Part shown: positions 16,916 through 24,730 of the stretch, piece by piece
How the letters are laid out: each line of letters opens with the position of its first letter
Numbering within the stretch: position 1 is the first letter of the stretch
Source: Candidatus Jordarchaeales archaeon
GTDB taxonomy: Archaea > Asgardarchaeota > Jordiarchaeia > Jordiarchaeales > Freyrarchaeaceae
Direction of reading: 5' to 3'
Length of the DNA: 32,000 nt
Assembly: GCA_038858525.1 (NCBI GenBank)
Contig: JAWCFL010000009.1
Location: forward strand, 32,512 to 64,511
The notes under the pieces: generated by a model
The model's input: only the letters and a program-made list of their open reading frames with translations
What the model was told of the DNA's origin: nothing
Database searches by the model: none
Position numbers and translations under genes: made by a program

Positions 16916-18601
16916 ATGGTGGGCTTGTCGACGTGGGATGTTGAAGTGGATGTTGTGGTTGTCGGTAGCGGTGCTGGCGCTCTGACCGCAGCCATAGTTG
17001 CTCATGACAAAGGAGCTAAAGTCATCGTCCTCGAGAAGACGGACAAGGCTGGAGGAGCAAGTGCTGTCTCTGGGGGAGCTGTCTGGGTGCCAAACAACAG
17101 GTTCATCAGGGAGGGGTTCCAGCCCGAATTTTGGGATCCCGACAGAGGAGAATGGGTTAAGGCTCCCGACTCCGAGGATAAAGCCTTCAAGTACATGAAG
17201 GCGATAGCCGCTGGCAGGTCTAGTGATGAGCTGATAAGAACGTATCTCAGAACGGTAAGTGAGGCTTGTGACTACTTGGAGAAGAACACGCACGTTAAGT
17301 GGTCGCACGTGAAGCTGATGCCGGACTACTTCCCCGAGTGGGAGGGCGGAGTAAAGGGTGGCAGGGTCATGGAGGCGCAGCTCATAAGCTTCAACTCTCT
17401 ACCCAAAGAGGTGGCTGAGCGAGTGAGGCTCTCCCCGGTCAGCCTCCCCATACTGCTCGAGGAACTGGTCGAGTGGGGCGGGCTGGCGACCATGATGAGC
17501 GGCAGGTGGGACTTCAACCTTATAAACGAAAGGCTGAAGGAAAGGTTCTACGGGTGGGGGACAGCGCTCATAGCTCGCCTACTGTACTCCTGCTACGAGA
17601 GGGGCATCGACATCAGGTATAATACTCCAGCTAAGAGGCTCATCGTTGAGGGGGGCAGAGTTGTCGGAGTGGTGGCGGGGCACGAGGGAAAGGAGCTTAG
17701 AATACGCGCTAGGAAAGGCGTGATCCTAGCGACCGGCGGCTTCGAGTGGCATGAGAAAATGCCTTCAGCCTTTCTGAGGGGGCCGATGAGGGGGCCCATG
17801 TCCCCGCCGCACAACACCGGCGACGGGCACCGTATGGCGATGGAGGTCGGAGCACAGGTCGACTTGATGTGTGAAGCGTGGTGGTTCCCAACGGTTTACA
17901 CAGGCGACTCCTACGATGGTAAACCATACTATAGGGGCATATTCTTCGAGAAAGTTCTACCTGGAGTCATAATAGTCAACAAGTATGGGAAGCGGTTCGC
18001 TAATGAGGGAGCGAATTACTTTGACTTCACGAGGGCGATGCACACCTGGGACCCGAATAGGCATGAGTATCCGAATATTCCGGCGTGGATGATTTTCGAT
18101 GAGCGCGTGCACCAGAGTTACACGATATTCACTCTTTATCCGGGAGCTGAGCCTACTGATCCACCGTTCAAGTGGGCTGACACGCTAAGAGACCTAGCAA
18201 GGAAGGCTGGAATAGACCCAGATGGGCTCGAAGAGACTGTTGAGAGGTTCAACAGGTATGCTAAGGAGGGCGTCGACCCGGACTTCCACCGTGGGGAGAG
18301 CTACTTTGACAGGTTTTATGGGGATCCGAACTGGAAGCCTAACCCAACCCTCGGACCGCTGGAGAAGCCGCCATTCTACGCCATCGAAGTATACCCGGGA
18401 TGCCTAGGCTCGTGTGGCGGCTTAAAGATAAACGAGAAGGCGCAGGTTCTCGACTACAATGACAAGCCTATACCCGGACTGTACGCGGCTGGCAACGTCA
18501 CAGCGGCAGTGTCAGGGGGAGGATACCCGAGCAGCGGCATAACTATAGGCGCGGGTATATGCTTCGGCTACATAGCGGCGAACGAGGTCACAAAAAAGTG
18601 A
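16916..18601 (+). CDS. FAD-dependent oxidoreductase of the FAD_binding_2 superfamily, 3-ketosteroid-delta1-dehydrogenase (KstD)-like
   Basis: DVVVVGSGAG, GGASAVSGGAVWVPNN, PDYFPE, LATGGFE, NTGDG, VNKYGKRFANE, FHRGES, PNPTLGPL, GGLKINEKAQVL, GLYAAGN and YPSSGITIG. ATG 16916 follows GGAGG. Confidence 0.85.
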   Translation: MVGLSTWDVEVDVVVVGSGAGALTAAIVAHDKGAKVIVLEKTDKAGGASAVSGGAVWVPNNRFIREGFQPEFWDPDRGEWVKAPDSEDKAFKYMKAIAAGRSSDELIRTYLRTVSEACDYLEKNTHVKWSHVKLMPDYFPEWEGGVKGGRVMEAQLISFNSLPKEVAERVRLSPVSLPILLEELVEWGGLATMMSGRWDFNLINERLKERFYGWGTALIARLLYSCYERGIDIRYNTPAKRLIVEGGRVVGVVAGHEGKELRIRARKGVILATGGFEWHEKMPSAFLRGPMRGPMSPPHNTGDGHRMAMEVGAQVDLMCEAWWFPTVYTGDSYDGKPYYRGIFFEKVLPGVIIVNKYGKRFANEGANYFDFTRAMHTWDPNRHEYPNIPAWMIFDERVHQSYTIFTLYPGAEPTDPPFKWADTLRDLARKAGIDPDGLEETVERFNRYAKEGVDPDFHRGESYFDRFYGDPNWKPNPTLGPLEKPPFYAIEVYPGCLGSCGGLKINEKAQVLDYNDKPIPGLYAAGNVTAAVSGGGYPSSGITIGAGICFGYIAANEVTKK

Positions 18602-18639
18602 AAAACGCGCGATGAAGCGTTTCTAGTGGGGGTGGTTTT

Positions 18640-19272
18640 TTGGTTGATGTTTCAGACCTCAGGAAGGCGATAGCCGAGATAAGAGAGGACGCGGAGGAGG
18701 TGACGAAGAAGCTTCTGGATGGGGGGGTAGACCCCGTAAAGATAATTGAGGAGGGAGTGGTCAAGGGGCTCTACGACTTGGGCGGAAAGTTCGAGAAGAG
18801 GCAGGCATTCATCCCAGACTTGGTTAAGGGAAGCAAGATCGCTAGGAAATGCATTGAGTTAATTGAAAGTGTTCTGCCGAAGGAGAAGGCTGGAGCCAAG
18901 AAAAAGGTTGTAATAGGAACGCTCCTCAGCAAGCATAACATTGGGAAGAACCTCGTGAGCACCTTTCTCACCATCAACGGCTTCGAGGTATACGATTTAG
19001 GGGAAAACCTTGAGCCTTGGGCGTTCTACGAGAAAGCTGAAGAGGTCGGGGCAGACCTTATAGCGGTCTCGATAGTCTTCACTCCCGCCCTAACAAAGTT
19101 TGAGGAGCTGATCAGGATACTTAAAGAGATGGGTGTCCGCGACAAGTACAAGGTGATCGTTGGGGGCGCCGTGACGTCGAAAGAATGGGCTGAGAGCGTG
19201 GGAGCTGACGGCTGGGCGCCGGACGTGGAGGGAGCAGTTAGGCTGGCGAAGGAATTGCTTGGAGTAAGCTAG
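18640..19272 (+). CDS. Methyltransferase cognate corrinoid protein (MtmC/MttC-like)
   Basis: N-terminal cap domain (GVVKGLYDLGGKFE..FIPDL), then HNIGKNLV, GFEVYDLG, ADLIAVS and KVIVGGA...GADGWA. TTG start. Confidence 0.9.
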   Translation: MVDVSDLRKAIAEIREDAEEVTKKLLDGGVDPVKIIEEGVVKGLYDLGGKFEKRQAFIPDLVKGSKIARKCIELIESVLPKEKAGAKKKVVIGTLLSKHNIGKNLVSTFLTINGFEVYDLGENLEPWAFYEKAEEVGADLIAVSIVFTPALTKFEELIRILKEMGVRDKYKVIVGGAVTSKEWAESVGADGWAPDVEGAVRLAKELLGVS

Positions 19273-19283
19273 GAGCCGAAAAC

Positions 19284-20198
19284 ATGCTTCTCCGCTTCAA
19301 ATCCCAACAGAAAATATTCAGGATAGCCGGCGTCAAAGTCGGCGGACAGCCAGGCGAAAACCCGACGGTGCTCATCGGAACAATATTTCATGAAGGAGAC
19401 AAAGCAGTGAAGGACCCAATTAAGGGTATTATCGATAGGGGGGAAGCCGAGGCGGCTTTGCTGAGGCAAGACGAGCTCTCCGACTCCACCGGGAACCCAT
19501 GCATGGTTGACGTCGTGGGACGGACAGGCAAGACGCTTATCAACTACTTAGACTTCGTGTCAAACGTAACTGATGCCCCAATCCTCATAGACTCCCCCTC
19601 GTTCGAGGCCCGGCTTGAAGCGTGCAGGCACGCCGTCGAAGTAGGACTAAAAGAGCACGTCGTGTACAACTCTATAAGCCCGGATTCCAGCCTGAAAGAA
19701 CTTGAAGCCCTGAAGGAAATGAAACTGGAGAGCGCCGTCCTCCTAGCATTCAGCGAGTATGAATTCTCACCGGAGGAAAAGCTGAGGCTGCTTAGCGGAG
19801 AGGGCGAATCACTCCTCCTAAAGGCGGAGAAGGCAGGCATCAAGAACATGCTCGTGGACGTCTCACTGCTAGATGTAGCAAGCATGGCGTACGCAGCGGA
19901 ATCCATAAAAGCAGTAAAAGAGACGCTTGGCCTCCCTAGCGGTTGCTCGCCTGCAAATGCCTTCGACACTTGGCGCCGCGTCAACGAACTAGCCCCACAA
20001 GCCAAGAGGACATGCCTAGCTTCCCTATGCGTCTTCGCACGATGCTTCGGGGCGGACTTCATACTATACGGCCCAGTGAGACTAGCAGAAGCGGTATTCC
20101 CGGCGTGCGCAATGGCTGACGCCATACTCACATACAGCCTCACGAAGGAAGGCTACGAGCCAGAAGACAAGAACATCCCGCTCTACAAAATCCTTTAA
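19284..20198 (+). CDS. mtrH: MtrH-family methylcorrinoid:tetrahydropterin methyltransferase (stand-alone, MtgA/MtxH-like)
   Basis: IAGVKVGGQPGENPTVLIGTIFH, PILIDS, VYNSI, LPSGCSPAN and GADFILYGP. No mtrA-G genes are present in the window. Confidence 0.9.
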   Translation: MLLRFKSQQKIFRIAGVKVGGQPGENPTVLIGTIFHEGDKAVKDPIKGIIDRGEAEAALLRQDELSDSTGNPCMVDVVGRTGKTLINYLDFVSNVTDAPILIDSPSFEARLEACRHAVEVGLKEHVVYNSISPDSSLKELEALKEMKLESAVLLAFSEYEFSPEEKLRLLSGEGESLLLKAEKAGIKNMLVDVSLLDVASMAYAAESIKAVKETLGLPSGCSPANAFDTWRRVNELAPQAKRTCLASLCVFARCFGADFILYGPVRLAEAVFPACAMADAILTYSLTKEGYEPEDKNIPLYKIL

Positions 20199-20264
20199 AC
20201 CCCTATTTTCAAAAGAAAGTGATGAAAGGATTTCTAGATAGAAGAGGCGCTTTAATCTCTGAAG

Positions 20265-21644
20265 CTACGTTGACGCCACCCACGGGTACATCTCTTTCAG
20301 CTGTCTTATTGCTTCATTCACCTTCTCTTCCGGGTACTCGTAAGACTGCAGTTTACCGTTGTTGTACGCATCATAGGCTTGAAGGTCGAAGAAGCCGTGT
20401 CCGCACAACGTGAAGAATATAGTCTTCTCCTCACCCGTCTCCCTGCACTTGACCGCTTCATCTATCACCGCCTTTATAGCGTGGGCTGGCTCAGGCGCCG
20501 GCAAGAGCCCCTCGGTTCTGGCGAAGAGCGTGGCCGCCTCGAACACTTCAACCTGGTCATACGCCACCGCTTTAACGTAGCCCTCAACATTGAGCAGGCA
20601 GAGCGTTGGAGCCATACCGTGATACCTCAGTCCACCAGCATGTATGGGTGGAGGAACATAAGTGTGGCCTAGCGTGTGCATTTTTAGCAGCGGCGTCAGC
20701 CTAGCGGCGTCCCCATGGTCGTAAATGTATTCGCCTTTGGTGACCGAGGGACAGGCTTTAGGCTCCACAGCCAGGAACTCTGTGTCCTTAGGCGCCTTCC
20801 CCGTCACTTTATCATGATAGAAGGGCCAGAATGTGCCGGAGAAGCTGCTTCCTCCCCCTATGCATCCTATTACGATGTCGGGGTAGTCGTCGACTAGCTC
20901 AAACTGCTTCTTGGCCTCGAGCCCTATAACCGTCTGGTGCATCAGCACGTGGTTAAGCACGCTTCCAAGAGTATACTTGGTGTTCTCGCTGCTGAGCGCA
21001 TCCTCTATCGCCTCACTAATCGCTATTCCGAGACTACCCGGGTTGTCCGGGTCGCTTCTCAGAATCCTCCTGCCGAACTCCGTCCTATCGCTTGGGCTTG
21101 CGAGGACCTCGGCCCCCCAAGTCTCCATGAGAACCTTTCTGTAGGGCTTCTGCTGGTAGCTCGCCTTAACCATGTAGACGGTTGTTTTCATGCCGAAGAG
21201 GCAGCAGCTGAAGGCTAGGGCTGAGCCCCACTGTCCTGCTCCCGTCTCCGTGGTGAGCCGCTCGACGCCCTCCTTCATGTTGTAGTATGCTTGGGCGACT
21301 GCGGTGTTAGGCTTGTGGCTACCTGGAGGGCTCACCCCCTCGTTCTTGAAGTATATTTTGGCAGGCGTCTTAAGGGCTTTCTCAAGCCTGACTGCTCTGT
21401 ACATGGGGGTAGGCCTCCACACCATGTAGACCTCTCTTACCTCCTCCGGGATCTTTATCCACCTTTCCTGGCTGACCTCCTGCCTCACGAGCTCCTTAGC
21501 GAATATCCTTTCGAGCATGCTTGGGTTCACGGGTTTGCCGTCGGGGCCTCTTGGCGGTGGAAGAGGCTTTGGCAGGTCTGGCAGAATGTTATACCACTGC
21601 TTTGGCAGCTCATCCTCTTCGAGCACGATTTTTCTTGGCGGCAT
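20265..21644 (-). CDS. trpB2: Tryptophan synthase beta-like protein, type 2 (TrpB2)
   Basis: [27 protein letters not shown] (PLP lysine), [20 protein letters not shown] and [13 protein letters not shown] 21644; the ORF track start is 21674. Confidence 0.95.
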   Translation of the reverse strand: MPPRKIVLEEDELPKQWYNILPDLPKPLPPPRGPDGKPVNPSMLERIFAKELVRQEVSQERWIKIPEEVREVYMVWRPTPMYRAVRLEKALKTPAKIYFKNEGVSPPGSHKPNTAVAQAYYNMKEGVERLTTETGAGQWGSALAFSCCLFGMKTTVYMVKASYQQKPYRKVLMETWGAEVLASPSDRTEFGRRILRSDPDNPGSLGIAISEAIEDALSSENTKYTLGSVLNHVLMHQTVIGLEAKKQFELVDDYPDIVIGCIGGGSSFSGTFWPFYHDKVTGKAPKDTEFLAVEPKACPSVTKGEYIYDHGDAARLTPLLKMHTLGHTYVPPPIHAGGLRYHGMAPTLCLLNVEGYVKAVAYDQVEVFEAATLFARTEGLLPAPEPAHAIKAVIDEAVKCRETGEEKTIFFTLCGHGFFDLQAYDAYNNGKLQSYEYPEEKVNEAIRQLKEMYPWVAST

Positions 21645-21695
21645 TCTTTCACTTCCTGATTTCGTCACATTCAAGTCCAGAATTACCTTTCCAAG

Positions 21696-21707
21696 TTAAA
21701 TTTAAAT
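21696..21707. promoter_or_regulatory. Palindromic TTAAATTTAA element, a candidate shared TATA box for the divergent trpB2 and ACT regulator genes
   Basis: Perfect 10-bp palindrome at 21696-21705, about 35 nt from TTG 21742 and about 50 nt from ATG 21644. Confidence 0.5.
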
Positions 21708-21741
21708 CTTGCGTGAACATAAATGTGCATGGTGGTTTGGT

Positions 21742-22245
21742 TTGTGGAGCAAAATAGCACACTACTTTAGCGAATACCCTAAAAGGCTAAGCGTAGCCAA
21801 AGTTCTCGTCGAGAACGGGTTAAGCGTCAGGGACGGCAGAATATTCTGCAACGAGATCGAGGTTCCACCTGTAAGGGTGGCAAGGGTTGCGGGCGTCGAC
21901 AGGAGGACCGTCGTGGAGACGGTGAAAATGATAACCGAGGATGAGGAGCTCAGAACCATATTTTCTCTCATAAGGAACGCTGGTGCGTCCCTCAGGGAAG
22001 TCGCGCGCCCACTCAACTTCGGTGTTGTGGAGATAACGCCCATCGACCCCAAAATGGTCGGCATAGTGGCCGGGGTAACCTCAATTCTAGCACAGAACAA
22101 CATAAGCATAAGGCAGGTGCTCACGGACGACCCCGAACTCAGCCCCGACCCGAAGCTGACCGTGATAGCCGACAGGAAAATACCCGGCGAGCTCATACCG
22201 GAGTTTCTAAAAGTGAGGGGAGTGGCGAAGGTCTCAGTATACTGA
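21742..22245 (+). CDS. Predicted regulator of amino acid metabolism with a C-terminal ACT domain (COG2150-like)
   Basis: MWSKIAHYFSEYP.RL.VAKVLVENGLSV, ARVAGVDRRTV (HTH-like) and GIVAGVTSILAQNNISIRQ (ACT). TTG 21742 follows GGTGG. Confidence 0.85.
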   Translation: MWSKIAHYFSEYPKRLSVAKVLVENGLSVRDGRIFCNEIEVPPVRVARVAGVDRRTVVETVKMITEDEELRTIFSLIRNAGASLREVARPLNFGVVEITPIDPKMVGIVAGVTSILAQNNISIRQVLTDDPELSPDPKLTVIADRKIPGELIPEFLKVRGVAKVSVY

Positions 22246-22747
22246 AAACCCATTCAGGAATCTCTCGCCTGCCAGCACTATCATAGTCCATGAGTATTAT
22301 ATGTTCTTTCGTCCTTACTAGTTAAGAGTGAGCTTCTCGGCATCATTAAGGGAGCCGTGCCGGGCGAGCTGGAAAGAAAATTTAGGGAACCAGCTAGAAA
22401 CTCGTTCCAGAAAAGGATGAAATATACGTCAAAGTCGACACAGGGTATAACGGTGACCTGCTTCCGAGTCACGATGACTACGTTAGGCTCAGCTAGAAAT
22501 GGAGATACGTCTCCAAGTAGCCTACACAGCATACAATAACATATCCAGTAACCCGGTAACCCAAGAATAGAAAAATACCCGGCAAGTCTAGTAGATTAGA
22601 GGGTCAGCGGTAGGCAGAAAGAGACATCTAAGAGTGCTCCTCCATTAGGCCGGGCAAGCGGTTACTGAAGACCGCCGAGCAAGGAAGGTAAGCAGAAACA
22701 TATCTTTGTTAAAAAAAATTAAAAGCGTAAAAAAATTTAAAAGCATA

Positions 22748-22769
22748 ATTAAATTAATATTAAATTAAT
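22748..22769. repeat. Perfect 11-bp tandem repeat ATTAAATTAAT x2 within an AT-rich promoter region
   Basis: Copies at 22748-22758 and 22759-22769, inside a stretch of about 60 nt that is nearly all A/T. Confidence 0.7.
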
Positions 22770-22801
22770 TTGTTCAGGAAGCTGGATGGAGGTGCAAGAA
22801 G

Positions 22802-23002
22802 TTGGTCCCCCTACAGTTCGAGTTTCTAGCGTTCGGCATCTGGCTTGCCGTTGTTATAGGGTTGATAATTCTCGACATCGTAATCGCTGTCTGGGTTTAC
22901 AGGGACGCCAAGAGAAGAGGGATGGAGGCAGCGCTCTGGCTGCTGATAGTCCTCCTAACAGGGCTAATAGGGCTAATCATATACTTGATAGTGAGAGAGT
23001 GA
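22802..23002 (+). CDS. Small membrane protein, PLDc_N (cardiolipin synthase N-terminal)-like
   Basis: Two hydrophobic helices with WVYRDAKRRG...WLLIVLLTGLIGLIIYLIVR. GGAGGTG RBS before a TTG start. Confidence 0.75.
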   Translation: MVPLQFEFLAFGIWLAVVIGLIILDIVIAVWVYRDAKRRGMEAALWLLIVLLTGLIGLIIYLIVRE

Positions 23003-23181
23003 TGGTGAGAGAGGGCTAAAGTGGGGCGGAAAAGCCTTCTTTATTATTTCTTTTTTTGAAGAAATTTTGAGTTGTTTGCTTTGTGCCGCATGGTGTTGGT
23101 TGCTCGTCATCGGCTTTGAAGGCTGGTTTTGCGAAACTGATAAGTGTCCTCGTGGTGCTTTATTTCGTTTGGGTGTTGTGG

Positions 23182-24525
23182 ATGTGTGATACGCTCGTCG
23201 CTTTGGGGAACTCGACCGAGGATGGCTCGGTGGTTTTTGGGAAGAATAGTGATAGAGCACCGAACGAGGCGCAGGTTTTAAGGTATTTCCCGCACGCTGA
23301 GCACCCTGAAGGAGCTGTAGTCAGGTGCACTTACATTGATGTCCCTCAGGTTCATGAAACGTACGAGGTTGTCTTGTCTTCTCCATACTGGATTTGGGGA
23401 GCTGAGATGGGGGTTAACGAGCACGGGGTGGCTATAGGGAACGAGGCTGTCTGGTCTAAGGAGCCATACAGGAAGACCGGGCTTCTGGGAATGGACTTGT
23501 TGAGGCTTGCGCTTGAAAGGGCTGACAGTGCCCGTAAAGCTCTGCAGGTCATAGTGGAAATGATAGAGAAGTATGGTCAGGGTGGGTCTGCTAACAGGGA
23601 CTTCGAGCTTCTCTACCATAACTCCTTCATAATCGCTGATACGAGAGAGGCCTGGGTGCTGGAGACCGCTGACAGGTTTTGGGTTGCAGAGAAGGTTAGG
23701 GACGTGCGTTCAATATCCAACGGGTACACTATAAGGGACAGGTGGGACTTGGCGTCGCCCGGGCTGGTGGAGCACGCCGTGGAGATGGGGTGGTGTGAGT
23801 CTAGGAAGGACTTTGACTTCGCCCGCTGCTACGGGGATGCTCAGATGGACGCGATAACCATGTGCTCTGAAAGACTTGCTAGGTCGACGGAGCTACTCAA
23901 AGAGAACAAGGGGAACATAACTGTTGAGCTCATGATGAGCTTCCTGAGGGACCATGGAGGCGAAGGCTGGGATCCTTGGAGCCAAACGACTGCGACAATA
24001 TGCATGCATGCGAGCCCGAGCGTCGTGAGCAACACTGCTGGAAGCTACGTCGGCCACTTGATGGCTGAGGAGCAGGTTCACTGGTTTTCCCCCTCATCAC
24101 CCTGCCTGAGCTTATACATACCTGTTTTCATGGGAGGCGTCGGGGTCCCGGAGGAGGCGGGCAAGGGTGAAGGCGTTTTCAGCGCTGACTCTCCATGGTG
24201 GATTCACGAGAAATTCGTCCGCACGGTTCACATGAAGGGGTACAGTCGACTGGCAGGCTTGGTGAAGGCTGAGCTCGACGTACTCCAGAAGAAGTTTTTA
24301 GAGGACGCTTACAGCGCTAGAGAAAAATGCTTCGGGCTTCCAGCGGACGAGAGGCGAAGACTCCTCAGAGAGGCCACAGAGCGCTGTTTTAAGACCGCTT
24401 ACAAGAAGTACGAGGAGTGGGGTAGGAGAGTCTCCGAGGAGGTTGCAGGTAAGCCGCCGGAGAAGTACTACGAGTACTGGAGCCTACAGAACTACGCTGC
24501 AAACATCAGCATCCAGCCTCTTTGA
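23182..24525 (+). CDS. Peptidase C69/secernin-family Ntn hydrolase (dipeptidase-like)
   Basis: MCDTLVA (N-terminal Cys nucleophile), FGKNSDR.PNEAQ, WGAEMGVNEHGVAIGNE, LLGMDLLRLALER and YHNSFIIAD. ATG 23182. Confidence 0.92.
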   Translation: MCDTLVALGNSTEDGSVVFGKNSDRAPNEAQVLRYFPHAEHPEGAVVRCTYIDVPQVHETYEVVLSSPYWIWGAEMGVNEHGVAIGNEAVWSKEPYRKTGLLGMDLLRLALERADSARKALQVIVEMIEKYGQGGSANRDFELLYHNSFIIADTREAWVLETADRFWVAEKVRDVRSISNGYTIRDRWDLASPGLVEHAVEMGWCESRKDFDFARCYGDAQMDAITMCSERLARSTELLKENKGNITVELMMSFLRDHGGEGWDPWSQTTATICMHASPSVVSNTAGSYVGHLMAEEQVHWFSPSSPCLSLYIPVFMGGVGVPEEAGKGEGVFSADSPWWIHEKFVRTVHMKGYSRLAGLVKAELDVLQKKFLEDAYSAREKCFGLPADERRRLLREATERCFKTAYKKYEEWGRRVSEEVAGKPPEKYYEYWSLQNYAANISIQPL

Positions 24526-24730
24526 TGTATTTGAGGTAGAGTAGTGCTGTGAAGCCGCCGAGCGACAATGTTGTGATGAGAATTATGGCTAAAGCGGCTA
24601 GAGGAGTCAGGAAACCTGCTTTCTTCAGCGCCGCCGCGACAACCGAGCCAAGAAGTGCGGACAGAAGAACCAGTATGAGGACGCCGTAAGCACCATACCT
24701 TGAAAGAACCCTGAAGAAATTCTCAGTCAT
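24506..24730 (-). CDS. Small two-helix membrane protein coupled to the upstream NSS-like gene
   Basis: 74 aa with two hydrophobic segments. Its start overlaps the stop of 24723..26201. Confidence 0.55.
   Translation of the reverse strand: MTENFFRVLSRYGAYGVLILVLLSALLGSVVAAALKKAGFLTPLAALAIILITTLSLGGFTALLYLKYIKEAGC

Noticed and set aside
19544-20143. 199-aa minus-strand ORF
   Set aside because: It is fully antisense to mtrH, Ser-rich and has no motif. The same applies to the many short nested ORFs in the track.
15386-20198. Evidence for methanogenesis
   Set aside because: No mcr, mtrA-G or mtaA/mtbA genes are in the window. MtmB-like and MtrH-like genes also occur in non-methanogens.
22380-22700. 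Degenerate CRISPR array, suggested by repeats ending in GAAA(C/G/T)
   Set aside because: The shared segments are only 10-12 nt, spacing is irregular (99, about 120 and 78 nt), there is no ATTGAAA end, and no cas genes are present.
22670-22700. SRP RNA helix 8-like GGAA...AGCAG
   Set aside because: The bases flanking GGAA do not pair and the rest of the SRP fold is absent.
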